Shown here: one piece after another, positions 1 through 12,297 of the stretch
Layout of the letters: each line of letters opens with the position of its first letter
Position numbering within the stretch: position 1 is the first letter of the stretch
Assembly: GCA_038087875.1 (NCBI GenBank)
Contig: JAXLNO010000438.1
Coordinates: 496,001-560,000 of the forward strand
Reading direction: 5' to 3'
From: Malacoraja senta
Taxonomy: Eukaryota
Length of the DNA stretch: 64,000 nt
The notes under the pieces: generated by a model
Told to the model about the DNA's origin: nothing
The model's input: only the letters and a program-made list of their open reading frames with translations
The model's database searches: none
Program-made: the position numbers and the translations under genes

Positions 1-700
1 GACATTTGAGCTGCCTCCTGATTTCGCCTTGTAGGAGGTGATGGCATTCAAGCCCTGCCACAGTTGCCGAACATCCGTCTCATCCTCCAGCTTGGAGCAG
101 AAGCCCCTTTTGGCCTTTTTGATGGCCTTACCAAGGTCGTATCTGGACTTCTTGTAGACCTCCGTATCTCCAGACCTGAATGCCCAGGATCTGGACTTCA
201 GAAGAGTGCGGATCTCATGGTTCATCCAAGGCTTCTGGTTAGGAAACATTCGGAAGGTTTTTGTTGGGATGCAGTCCTCCACACATTTCTTTATGAAGTC
301 TGTAACGACTGTGGCGTATTCGTTCAGGTCCGTAGCCGAGTCCCTGAACATTGCCCAGTCTACAAACTCCAAACAGTCCTGGAGTTGTTCCTCTGCCCCC
401 TCCCACCCCCCCCCCCCCCCGCCCCCTGACCAGCTCTGTACAATCCTCACCTCTGGGGGTGCGCTCAGTAATTGCTGCCTGTAGGCAGGAAGAAGCAGCA
501 CTGCAGTATGGTCGGATTTACCAAAGTGAGGGCGAGGGATAGAGCGAAAGGCGTCTTTGATGGTCGTGTAGCAGTGGTCGAGGGTGTTTGATCCTCTGGT
601 GCTGCAGGAGACATGTTGGTTGAAGTTAGGGAGCGATTTCTTAAGGTTGGCTTTGTTGAAGTCCCCGGCTATGGTGATAAATGCCTCGGGGTAAACCTCG
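1..700 (-). mobile_element. Rex1/Babar-type LINE fragment (APE endonuclease C-terminus plus linker), runs off window start
   Basis: Manual minus-strand translation gives PEAFITIAGDFNKANL...TRGSNTLDHCYTTIKDAF...HFGKSDHTAVLLLPAY (GDFN, TLDH, SDH endonuclease motifs), then LQDCLEFVDW and DVRQLWQGLNAITSYK. A C-run at about 396-427 interrupts it. Confidence 0.85.
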
Positions 701-2799
701 GGGCAATCAATTTGTGACAAGCCAACCTATCCAGGAAATTCTATCACTCACATTCAAGTTTCAGCCTGCAAGTCAGGCCAGTTTATAATTCAACCACATA
801 CATCAACAGTTCTTCACATCTAGTTTAATGATCATTATAAGTTAGGTAAAGCTCCAGTACAACCCTTTTTTGTTGGCTGAACTTGCCACTGGTTGAAGAT
901 AGCAAGTCTCACACAAATTAAGGACAAGGTTTTTCATTTGCTAATAAACAAAAATAGTGCCATTGATAGCAGCAATTTATTTTTTCTTCTGCAAAGAGTA
1001 TGTGTTCATGATTTTTTGATTTTGCATCTCATACTAAATAGCAGCACTTCTGGCCTATTACTGGTCCTTGGGAAACATGAGTTGTTGGTTGGTATTTAGA
1101 CTGCAGCATTTTCCCTTTTTATACCAAATCCCTTGACGACAGGTTGTAAGTTCTTTCTCCCCGAGATTTTTCTCCAATCAGAAATATGCAGTGGATGGGT
1201 TTCCTTTGTCTGTAATTTACTTGTGAAAGTAACAGGGTTTACAACAATACCGGAAATTATTTTGTTCTTGTTAATTGTTCTTGTTATCATTAATACATTA
1301 TATTAAGCATACAAAAACTATCATTCACATGAAATAAACATTAAATATTATGTTTCATTGTTATCTGAACTCCCTTTCTTGTCTCTTTGTCAAGCACTCT
1401 GACTGACCTGCCAATTAAATGCTTAGACTGAAGAAGGAGTTGGTAATATCACTTAATTCACTAACTGTGGATAAGAATTATTGATAAAATCTTCTCTCTG
1501 GTGCAACTCCTCAGCCAAGAAATTGGAATAGTGGTAATGGCAAGTGATGGGAGTAGTGGACTGGAGGTGAAATTACTGGCTAGGTTTGTCGATAACGAGA
1601 CATTAGTTCAGATCCTAGCATGACTATGGGGGATTTAAAGGTAGCTTAACAGTGCTTATGTGAATGTCCGATTTGTCAACTGTCTGCACTTATGTTCGTT
1701 TTACCTTGGTTGTGAGTAGATTATAAAACTGAGATTGGTAGCGTCATTAATCTAGTTGTCCTCCAGCACCAGGCCAGGAGTGATGAGGCTACTGATTTTG
1801 TGTTCTCGGCCAACCACTACTTGTTGTGCTCTAGCCATTACCAAGACCTTTAGGTTCACCTGGATCACCACAGAGGCAAGAGGATTGTCTAAGTGAGACC
1901 TCGGGAAATAATGAGATCTTTGTCTCTGTATAGGATGGGAGAGCAATGCTACAAAGCCTGATGTATTACATTACCTGACAATCAATGTCAACCATACCTT
2001 GAAAAATATATGTTAAAAAGGAAAGGAAATCTGTGATCTGGCTACCTTTCTGACATTCAAAACCAATAACTTTCCAAAGGGAAGGAGAGCATTACATTAA
2101 TGCCGGCTCTGAAAAGGAGATTAAATATCCCTCAATAAAAGCTATCAGTCTCCAAAAGCCATTGGTGTATATCCAAATATAGCATCCCTCCACGTGGAGA
2201 AGGTGGTCAGGGTGAAATCAGATTTCAGCTCTGCTCTACTTAAAACATCTTTTAAGTAGAGCAGAGGAAAATATTAAGATAGTTAATGTGAACTGTTGTC
2301 TGTTTTAATGGAGACACAATTGGATGAAATGATTAAATATGTCCACTCAGGAGATCAAATCTGACAATTTCAGGGATAATGAAATGAAGTGTAGGGGCTT
2401 CACATAACTTGAACATTATCATTGAACTGCATTATTTAGATACTGTAGAGAAAACTGTGGAGCAGAGAAAAGAATGTAGATAATGGCAGATGGACAGAGA
2501 TTTAGAGAGAGTATTAGGAGACTGGCTGGGTAGAGAATGGTATGCGGTAGCTCGATCATTCGGCAGGCAATGGAAACAATGTTCCTTACTTACTCAACAG
2601 GAAGTGGCCACGGAAAAACTGTTTTAAATCTGGTTATTAATCTGGAATATATGCAACTGACAGGCTAATGACATTCAATGAAATGATGGTAGAGTGCATG
2701 TCAATCCATGCTTTAGCAACATCAAGACATGGCACATTGAAGTCTACATTACTGAGTTTTATTTATTTGTTTGTAGGATGAATTGTACAGTAAAATTAT

Positions 2800-3990
2800 G
2801 GAGTCATAGATATATACAGCATATAAATGGGCCCCTTGGTTCACCACGCTCATTACACCCATCTACACTAATCACATTTGCTTGCATTACATATGTATCC
2901 TTCTATGGTTTGCCTATTTAAGTCCCGTCTAAATGTCTCTTAAGCCAAGTGATTGTACCTGGCTCCACTACCTCCTCTGGCAGTGAGTTGTAGTTGAGCT
3001 TATAGGACTTGATATTACAATCTCCACTATAATTGGCACCTTCTTACTATCTTGAGTGGGGGTAGGGGCAAAAACTTCATTGGGGTCATCAGGTGGGCAC
3101 CCTCCTTCCTTGTTGTTTTGTTGATAGGCCCACGACACCTCCAGAGGGCTCAACAGCAACACCTGGCGTCCCAGGTGCGCTCCTCTCCGTTTTACCCCTC
3201 TTGCTGGTCATTTTGCAGCCCAGTTGGAGTCCTTCTTCTTCAGCCAAAGCCAGTTGCTGCTTCACTCGGCAGCCTCTGACAGCGACCTGACGGCTTTTTC
3301 CCCTTTAATTTCTCTTGTAACACCTTCCTCTCACATTAAACCTATGCCTACTTGTTTTTGTTAACCCCCCACAGAAAAAGATTCTGACCATCTACCCTAT
3401 CTCCATATATCTTTTCTAATTGTATATATCTCTATCAGACCACCCCTCAGCTTCTTTCACTCCAGGGTAAACAAATCCAGACTATCCAATCTCTCCCCAT
3501 ATCTAAGGTCTACAATTCAGGCAACAAACTGGTGAATTTCTCCTCACTCTACAGTGCAAACTTATAGCTTATACAGCATGGTGACCAGAACTTCATACAA
3601 TATTCAAAGTGCGGTCTAACTAGTGTTTTGTGAAGTTAAAATGCTACATCCCAACTTCTATATCCTTTGATGGAAAGTATGCAATATGTCTTTTTCACCA
3701 CCCTTTCTACCTATGTTGTCACATTCAGGGATCTATGAACTAGAACCCCAAATCTGTTCCTCAATATTCCATAGTGCCTTACCATTTAGTGTATATTTCC
3801 TACCCTCTAAATAACTTTCCAAAAAGCATTAATTTACTCCTGTCAGGATTAAATTCCATCTGTCAATCTCTGCCCAAGCTTTCATCAATCTATGTATGTC
3901 TTTAGGTAGTCTTAGAAAACATTCTTTACTTTCCAAAACACCACCAATTTCATGCAATCTGCAAATCTACTAATCATCCCTCCTCCATAC
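2800..3990 (-). mobile_element. Decayed CR1 LINE 3' portion, interrupted by unrelated sequence at about 2990-3295
   Basis: Resembles by eye the other minus-strand CR1 copies in the window (3' tail ...ctccactacctcctctggcagtgagtt; RT C-terminal stretch ccagaacttcatacaatattcaaagtgcggtctaac). Confidence 0.7.
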
Positions 3991-4084
3991 CTCCTGTTTG
4001 GATTTTAATCTGCATTTTCAAATGAGTTACAGTACATGGAAAAATATATTTCAATCATTGCATAATTTTAGGGAGGCAATAGGT

Positions 4085-4485
4085 TTCAGTTAGGAGCAGA
4101 GACTGGAGAAGTGAGATCAATTTTCCCTGGAGCAGAGGACGTTAAGAGAGGACATGACTGAGATATAAAAATTATGAGAGGTAGAGATATGGTAGTCTGC
4201 ATGAAAAATGTCTCCTTATCACAGCTGAGTAAAACTGAATGATATAGATTTATTGTAAGGGGCTGTAAGGGGGACCCTTTTCACCAAGTGTGAATGTATT
4301 GTCGGAGAGGGAATGACCTGCTGCAGAGAGTGGAGAAAGCAGCGATTGGTCATACATAGCATTTAAGAAATGTCTAGGGAAGCACTTGCCTTGGCTAGGC
4401 ATAGAAGGCTACGGACCAAATGCTGGAAGATGGGATTAGGACAGATGGATGTGGTGGGTCGAATGGCCTGTTTCCTTTCGGTATG
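4085..4485 (+). mobile_element. Decayed CR1 LINE 3' end
   Basis: ttaagagaggacatgactgagatataaaaattatgagagg (LRGDM.E.YKIMRG-like) and tail gtgggtcgaatggcctgtttc. Confidence 0.7.
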
Positions 4486-5330
4486 TGTTGCTGGTTTTCA
4501 ATGACAGGACCAAAGCTTTAATTCATGAATATATTTTGCATGTGATTTGAGGTTGACCTGATTCCAAGTTTCCAGGCATTAAAATAAATTATTGTCCTCT
4601 TTAACTTTGATATATTTTTATACCCACATTCATTAACAATAAAGTGTATTCAGGTGTCAGGCTTTGCCCGCCATTTTAGGAGGTGTGGTGACATAGGTGT
4701 ACGTAAGGTCTGATCACATGATCTCCTGTGAGAACATGGAGACCAGCTAGGCAGGGAGTTGGCAAATGGCAGATTAGCCGTACTGGCCAAATACATCATT
4801 TTATAAAAAAGCTAGTCTCAGTGATAGTGAAGGTGAAAGTACCAGAATGTCATAACGGTATATTTTGTTATCCTTTACCTTTCGGGCCCCTTATCTAGTC
4901 TGGAGTATATATGACTGCAAATCCATAGCATTATGGTTGATTTTTAGTTGCCCCTGAAGCTGCATCAAAATTGCTATATTCAAATAGAATAAGAAGAAAA
5001 CTTCTTGGATTCCCCAGCTTTGACCAAAGCAACAAATTCAGACAAAAATAAATCACTCCCAGCCATACAGATGTTGCAAAGTTGTCTTGAAAAGCATCTG
5101 TAGTCTGCTGCTCCACACAGTGGTCCACCAATAGATTCCACGTTCTCCATTATTATCCCGGGTGCGACAAGCCCACTGATTGTGTGAAATGATAACTAAT
5201 TGAGGAAGTGTGATCCTGGGGTTCAGCAACAACAGCTCCGGACCCCACTGGGTCGGACACAAGTAAAGAAACCTCCAGATGATTCCCATCTCCTGCTCTC
5301 CTTCCACCAAATTAATCAGAAAAATACCTA

Positions 5331-5478
5331 AGAAGGAACAGCAGATGCTGGTTTAAACCGAAGATAGACACAAAATCGTGGAGTAACTCAGCACGACAGG
5401 CAGCATCACCCATTCCTTCTCTCCTCTCCAGAGATGCTGCCTGTTCCGCTGAGTTACTCCCGCATTTTGTGTTGATCT
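5331..5478. mobile_element. Palindromic Penelope-pLTR-derived mini-element with hammerhead centre deleted, flanked by TSD
   Basis: Inverted arms (GGAGTAACTCAGCACGACAGGCAGCATC / GATGCTGCCTGTTCCGCTGAGTTACTCC); direct repeat TCAGAAAAATACCTA at 5316-5330 and 5479-5493. Confidence 0.8.
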
Positions 5479-5714
5479 TCAGAAAAATACCTAGCAGGGG
5501 TACAAAATGTAGCATGGAATGCGCCCTGAGTAATGGACCAAAATCTATTATTTTGAGCAGGGTGATGGCAATGTCACTGATCAAATTACGAATGACATAG
5601 CTGGCAGTTTGAATGAATATATAGATCTATTTGACGTCAATGATATATATAGGGATAGATCTATTTGACATCAACCTCATAGCTTTCTTACTATAGTTCT
5701 ACTTGTCTATAATT

Positions 5715-6020
5715 GTATTGACAGGAGTGACCTCCACACAGTCCTGATGGAGACAACATCCCGTCTTCATTCTGCTTACTACACTTGATACCAAGAAATG
5801 ACAGACATGATTAGATGCAATGAAACCTATGGAGCAAGATAACATCCCAGCTGTACTATTGGAGACATACATTCCATAACTGGCATGCTTCTAGTCAAAT
5901 GTTCCAGTAGAATTACAAACATTGGCAGCTATCTGAAAATATGGAATTTTGCCCAGGTATGCCTTGACCATTCACGCTGGACAAATCCAATATAGTTAAT
6001 TGCAGTGTTATCGGTCTCCC
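5715..6020 (+). mobile_element. Decayed CR1-group LINE fragments (same family as 53750-56390)
   Basis: aggagtgacctccacacagtcctgatggagac (SDH..VL.ET-like) and gataacatcccagctgta...gcccaggtatg...acaaatccaat resemble 53890-53940 and 55200-55330. Confidence 0.55.
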
Positions 6021-6214
6021 CGCAAAGATTCACACAATACTGTTAGGAATTACATTGATGCTCTTTCTTCTTCACAGGATTGAAATTCTCGAATAACTGA
6101 TCTAAAATGACTCTGGAAAAAAACTACCATGCTTCGGGTAAACCTTTACCCTTACTTTGGTTTACCACCATCTTCTCAAGGGTTATTACAGATGCTCAAT
6201 TAATGCTAGCCTTA

Positions 6215-6824
6215 AAGGCCTGTCTCACGGGTATGCGGTTACTGGCAGTGAAGCAGGAAGTTGGGACCGCTCGTGGACCGCCAGAGACCGCGCATGGCCC
6301 GCGGGGTCGGTCCCTCGCACACCGCCGGGACAGTGCGGTGTTGGTCCCAAAACGGTGCTCACAAAAAGTCGACAATGTTCAAAGATGTTGTCGTACCGCA
6401 CAGCCGCCGCCAGTGCGGCACGAGCACCGCCACAGCACCGCCAGTGCGGCACGAGCACCGCCACAGCCGCCGCCAGTGCGCCATGAGCACCGCTAGCACC
6501 GCCACAGCGCCGCGAGCCGAATTGACGTCATCGCGTAGCGCGTTGCGTTGCGCGATGTCATCATCACCCGACGCCGCGCTCGTGGGACAGGCCGTGCGGT
6601 GATCACCTGGCATACGCTGGCAACAGCTTCCGGTAAGGTTTAATTTTTTTTAACTTACCGCAAGCTCGTGGGACCGGCCGTACGGAGATCACTCGGGCCC
6701 CACGCGGCATCCGTGTGGCGCTCCCGCGGCATACGCGCGGCGCTCTCGTGGTAGCCGCGCAGTCCCCGCTTCCGGAGATGCCGCGCTTCACTGCCAGTAA
6801 CCGCCTGCCCGTGGGACAGGGCCA
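6215..6824. mobile_element. PIF/Harbinger-like MITE with internal GC-rich tandem repeats
   Basis: Termini AAGGCCTGTCTCACGGGTATGCGGTTACTGGCAGTGAAGC / GCTTCACTGCCAGTAACCGCCTGCCCGTGGGACAGGGCCA; TTA on both flanks; roughly 28-nt unit CCGCCAGTGCGGCACGAGCACCGCCACAGC x3 at 6400-6510. Confidence 0.8.
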
Positions 6825-7767
6825 TTACCCATCTCTTGAGTACTGAGAGCTGTGAAATCACTCATCGCCACAGATGAAAAAATAGACTTGATTTTTTAAA
6901 TTATAACATTAAACATAGAAAAAATAGAAAGATGGAAGGCAACTGTAAAAACATAATGGATACTTGCATAAACCATAATTCCATACTTTATGTCAAATCC
7001 AATGGAATATGCTATTGATTAGAATTATTGATAGCAGCTTGAAAAAAAGTGCAAGATGATTAATGAATCAACTCTATCCCTGTTGTGCAACCTGTTTTTT
7101 AGTCACTGCCTAAGGCCACCATGTAGAATGTTCAGCTGAGGAATTCATTTTTGAAACATAGACACCTTTTGATAACTAAAACAGTGAATAGAACAAGGGA
7201 TCTGTTTTTAAAAAGGTCATTGCATCATCAATATTAACCTGTGCCCAATTTTGAAGAAAAACTTTCATCAATGATATTGGGTCAAAATAATGAATATTGC
7301 GAGCAGATATTGAGAGATACCTAGAACTGAAATTTATAAATTGCTTTGTGAAAACCAAGCCTTTAGCAAAACTATGTTGATTAAACATTATAGCATAATC
7401 TGTCATAATCCTCAGCAGAAGCAGCAGTGTACCGTTTTATTAAATATGACCCAGATAACTAGTGTTAACTTGCACTCTGAATGATGTACGTGATTGCAAT
7501 TTATTGTTTCAATATACAAACTTTTGCTTGGAAAGCTGAAGTTGGAAATGCCCTTCAGATGGATTTTGTTCAATTGCTCTTACTCCTCAATTATTCCAGC
7601 ACTCCAAGACAATTGGATTTGAAATAATGCTAACGTCAGTCCAGGAAATTCATACTAACTGGAATTTGAGAGTCTACTGAAATACAAATGGTATCAGGTT
7701 ATGTACATGGTTTTGTTTTCTATAGAATCTATTGTGTAAGCACAATAGGAAGATTGGATAAAGTAAC

Positions 7768-8095
7768 AGGGCTCGCATGGTGACGCAGCAGTGGCTAATC
7801 GAGCTGCTGTCTCACAGGCCCAGTGATTTGAGTTTGATTCTGACCTTGGGTGCTATCTGTGTGATGTTTGCATATTCTTTCTGCGAGTGCATGTGTGTCT
7901 TCTAGCTTTTTCTGTTTCCTCCAACATCTCAATGATGTGCAGGTTGATAGGTTAACCGGCCATTGTATGTGCAAGTGAGTGGTAGAATATAGGGGGACTC
8001 GATGGAAATCTGTGGAGAATGAAATGGGATTAGTGTGCGATTAGTATGCGTAAATTGATGCGTAATGGTTGTCTGAAGGCCATGCTTCCATCCTC
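7768..8095 (+). mobile_element. Old tRNA-derived V-SINE/HE1-like SINE
   Basis: Degenerate A box (tggtgacgcagcagtgg), B box (gagtttgattc), V-domain-like tgtgatgtttgcatattc...ttcctccaacatc. Confidence 0.7.
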
Positions 8096-8384
8096 TTTGA
8101 TGTTACATCTCTCATCCAAACCAGCCGTTGGAGATGTTTCATAATAACAAGATGAATAACATGCTTCAAGCAAGAAGATGTTTGTCATTAGCCAACCAAA
8201 TGTTCAGTGAATAAGGCCTTTCACAGAGACATGATTTAAAATAGATAATGTTTCCCAAGAACTATGATTTTGAAAGGTGTTGTTATTTCGAAAACAGCAA
8301 TTATGGCATCATGGGTATTGAGCGTAGGAAAAAGCAACTGGCCATAATTACGCATAAGATAGTCACCAACAATGAGAAAACGGG

Positions 8385-8650
8385 AATAAAGACAGAACAT
8401 GCTGGAAATAAACAGAAGGACTGGGATCATCCACAGCAGGAGAAATAGAGTTAACATTTTAGGTCAAAGAACTTCTATATTGATGAAAGGTCATTAGTCT
8501 GAAACCCTTGATATGTTTCTGTCCATCTATGTCTCTGTCTCTCTCTTCCCCTCTCCCTCGGTATCTCCATATCTCTCTCCTCCAAAGCTGATGTCCAACC
8601 CACTGTGCATTTTTTTTTAGCATTTTCAGATCATTATCTGCAGTTTTGCT
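8385..8650. repeat. Old degenerate Penelope pLTR palindrome
   Basis: ttgatgaaaggtcattagtctgaaac (eroded hammerhead-like core) between inverted atgctggaaata... and ...agcattttc arms. Confidence 0.45.
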
Positions 8651-9184
8651 TTTGCACAAAGAACAGAACAAACAACTGACAGGACAAAACAAGAACATTT
8701 GAAATGGTCTATAGAAATTTAGAATCATATTGATCACACGATGTGAGAAACCACAGGGGTTTGGGAGGTACATGTTTTGGTGTATCGTGTGAGATGTTTT
8801 GCCTGCACACTGCAGTCACTGTGAGTTAATTACTGAAAATTAAATGAAAAGTTGAAATCTGATCTGACTCAATGTTAAGGAAACTACTGAATCAGTTTTT
8901 CTGATACTAAATAAAGCCCTAAATATTTTTATGTTACCATTAGTGGAGACAGTGTTGGTTTGCGTGAGTACAGATTGGGGAAAGGGGATTAACTCAAGAT
9001 TAACCAATAGAGACAATATTTCTGCTATAAACTAAGCTTGGAGGTGGAGGAGTGGAAGGTGTAGTTAATTTTAGTTTAACATGATTTGGCATACATTAGT
9101 AATTTGGGACATAATATGTGGTGTAGACAGAATGTTTAAAAGGGAAAGAGTAGCTTTGGATGAATGGTTCCCAGTACTCTCTTG

Positions 9185-10312
9185 GACTATACTACCTGGA
9201 GTATTCTCGGTATTCTGGATAGACTGAAGGATGATTATCCCTGGCATTGGGTTCTAGGCATCCACCAATTTCTGTGTAAAAAAACATGTCCCAAATATCT
9301 GCTTTAGACCTTTCTCATCTGACCATAAACCTATGCCCTCTAGCTTTTGAAATTTCCACCCTAGCAAAAAGGCGTCCCACTTGGCAATTTTTTTGGCGAC
9401 TGCCGGCATAATTGACTGACGTATCAGGTCATCAAAACGTCGCAGCATGATGTGGCGTGATGCGGCGGTGACGCGCCGTGACGCGGCGTGATGACGTATG
9501 ATGCGCGGTGTTTTTTCGAGTGTTGCAACGTTTTTTTTGTCGCCGCTGGATTTTGAAATGTTCAAATTCTTTTGGCGACACTGACATGATGCCGAAAAAA
9601 ATCGGCAAGTGGGACGGGCCCTAAAAAGATTTTGACTGTATATCCTATCTATGCATTTTATAATCTGATATACTTTCTTTAGGTCAATCTCCAACATGTC
9701 AGAAAAAATAATACAAGTTTATCCAATCTTTCCTTCTAGCTATAACCCTCCAATCCAGGCAACAATCTGATAAACCTCTTCTGTATCCTCTCCAAAGCCT
9801 CCACATTCTTCCAGTAACTAAGCGATCAGAATTGTACACAGTACGCCAAACATAGCCAAAGCAAAGTTTAAAAAATCTGCAACATGATGTCCTGACACTT
9901 ATACAGTATGCCCCAACTGAAGAAGGCAAATTTAGCAAACACCATCTTTACCATTGTCACATTCAGCGAGCTATGAACGTGGACCTCAAGATCTACCTGT
10001 ACATCAATGCCGTTAAGAGTCTTATCATTAACTGTAGACATTCTCCTTAAATTCAAGCTCTCAAAGTACAACATCTTACACTTGCTTGGATGAAATTCCA
10101 TCTACCATTCCTCACCTCAAATCTGTAACTTATATACATCTCTTTGACTTTCTCACTGTCTGCAACTCCACCAATTTGTGTCATGGGTAAACTTCCTAAC
10201 CAACCCATCTACATGTATGTCCAAGTCATTTATGCCTATCACAAACAACAGATGTCCCTGAGGAACACCCCTGGTCACAAACCAGCCAGAATAATACCCT
10301 TCCGCCACAAGA
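9185..10312 (-). mobile_element. Decayed CR1 LINE (RT C-terminal half and 3' end)
   Basis: ORF-track pieces VTRGVPQG...INDLD...KFTHDT and MEFHPSKCKMLYF...DLEVHVHSSL are CR1 RT motifs. Confidence 0.85.
9368..9622. mobile_element. Harbinger-like MITE nested in CR1
   Basis: GGCGTCCCACTTGGCAATTTTTT ... AAAAAATCGGCAAGTGGGACGGGCCCT inverted termini; CpG-rich interior. Confidence 0.75.
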
Positions 10313-10428
10313 TATTGGCAGAAAACTGAAGTGTTCAAAGTAAATAAAGAATTTAAAATGTATTGAAAATATAACAGACAGATCTGACTGCTTATTTATA
10401 GTGGAAATAATCTGAAATGTTGTCTGCA

Positions 10429-10656
10429 GGCTTCCGCGTTGGAGCTCTAGAATTCCCAGCAAGAGGCCGCCAACTCCACAATGTTAGGCTGCAGTGCTGA
10501 TGGAGATACGACACGGAAAAAGTCGCATCTCCGTCATGGAAAGAGATAAGAAAAATTTCCCCATAAAACAAAAACATACATTTTACAACAAACTAAAAAC
10601 ACAAAGAAGGAAAAGACGAAGACAGACCGTTGGCGAGGCAGCCATCATGCGGCACC
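10429..10656 (-). mobile_element. 5' part of GC-rich non-autonomous retroposon (family of 45998-46863)
   Basis: Minus strand GGTGCCGCATGATGGCTGCCTCGCCAACGGTCTG, T-rich tract, then GGAGATGCGACTTTTTCCGTGTCGTATCTCC, matching the head of the 46-kb copy. Confidence 0.7.
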
Positions 10657-10974
10657 TCCTTCTAGTAGAGCAAATTAGAATCAAAACACTCTTTCAATTA
10701 ACATGACAGGGAAACATAAAATCATTTCAGCAGTGGTGGTAATATATCGATTTTACTTTGGAGTCACGTGAGTGACTACGTGAAGAAGGCCGTCCAGGCG
10801 CATGCACGTCATTACGCCTATCACATTGCGCAACGTCGGACTGGCAGGCACGCTGCTCCTGCCAACGGTAAGTTTAAACCTCAAGGTAAGTTTTAAACTT
10901 ATTCCCAGGTTATGTTTTCTTTTGCAGGATTCTCTGCTTACAGAGTTTTCCTACTGAATTTCGGGGCGAAGTCC

Positions 10975-11100
10975 GGACGGGCCGCGGGGGAACCTTTATG
11001 GACCGCGGGGAACCCAGTCACGGACCACAGGGAATCCCGGTCATGACCTCGGGGAATTCCGGAAACGGACCGCGGGGAACCCGCTACGGAGACCGCGGAA
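10975..11100 (+). repeat. Imperfect 21-23-nt tandem repeat (GGACCGCGGGGAACC core, about 6 units) in DIRS 5' region
   Basis: Direct reading of sequence. Confidence 0.8.
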
Positions 11101-12297
11101 GTGCGGGTAGTGGGCGGCGTTCAAATTTGCCTTCCGAGTCGCTGGCGGTGGAGCCAGTGGCTTCAGACTGGTGCTGGTAGCACCTAGGCAACCCCACTTG
11201 GAGGGTAGCCACAAAATTATATCTCCCTCTCTGAGGAGGGGAGCGTAGGGAAGAGGCCCGTTGACTCAAACGAGTCGGGCCAGGAGGATTCCTGATGGAG
11301 AGGATCCCCTCCTTCATGGGTAATGTCTTTGAATGTTCAAACCCACATGGAGCACCTGATGGAGAGGTGCTCCACAATGATATACTCCAAAGGAGGGAGT
11401 TATCACCGCAGGTCTCCTCGGGGCCCACGGCAACGGCACCTGTTACAAGGCTGCACAATGTCTCCCTCTCTGAGGAGGGGAGCATTTGGGGTCAGTTCCT
11501 GTCTGACTCAGAGCAAAAATCTTGATATACGTCCGTAGGAGGGGCCATGTCAGCGCAGGTATCCTCAGGGGCCTGCGGCAGCACCTGTTTTCAGGGCTGC
11601 CTACGAATTTCCCTCTCTGTGGAGGGGAGTGAGAGGAAATACTCGCAAGCGAAGGGGTTACTGCCGGATAAATTGGTTCCAGCCTTTGGCAGATTACCCG
11701 GAAGGGGCCAGAGTTCCCCTCACACTACAAGTGCCGGCAGTGAACTGCGCTATCAGGGGTGACATTGGAGGAAATGAAACCAGGCGCCGAATCTTCTTTT
11801 CAGGTAAGACTTAACCAACGGGTATACCTGAATGAGGAAGCAAAAGCTGGTGGACTGATCAAGGTACCAACGACGAACAAGCTTCATCGTATCGGCGACG
11901 ACACACCCCACGCCTCATCGGCAGTAAGCAGTTCACTGAAACTAGTGGCAGCTTGTAAGCTGGGCAGAGGCCTTTCAGGCCAAGGTCCAAGCCGGTCTCA
12001 GGAAATATGGAATCCACATACACTACCATTCCTACTCTCCAATCAAGGACGGGAATAGAACCCACATCAGGGGCCGTTTGTCTTACCATAGACCACCGGT
12101 AACCATGGAGGTAGGTGGGTCTGGTTCTTCCGAAACATGGGGTAGTGGACCATTTACAAGTTGGTAATATTTACAATTGTTTTGTACAAATGACAATGAT
12201 AACATGAGATTCAGATCAGTTATATACTAAAATGATAACATGAGATTGGGTTATTATTGCACAGTATACTAGGGTCCCAAGCTTGGCTCGGAATTGG

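Noticed and set aside
4650..5310. Possible solo LTR or promoter-like segment
   Set aside because: No TG...CA boundaries, TSD or second copy identified.
6107..6861. Overlapping 60-129 aa ORFs with VRHEHRH repeats
   Set aside because: By-product of a GC-rich repetitive MITE; no domain motifs.
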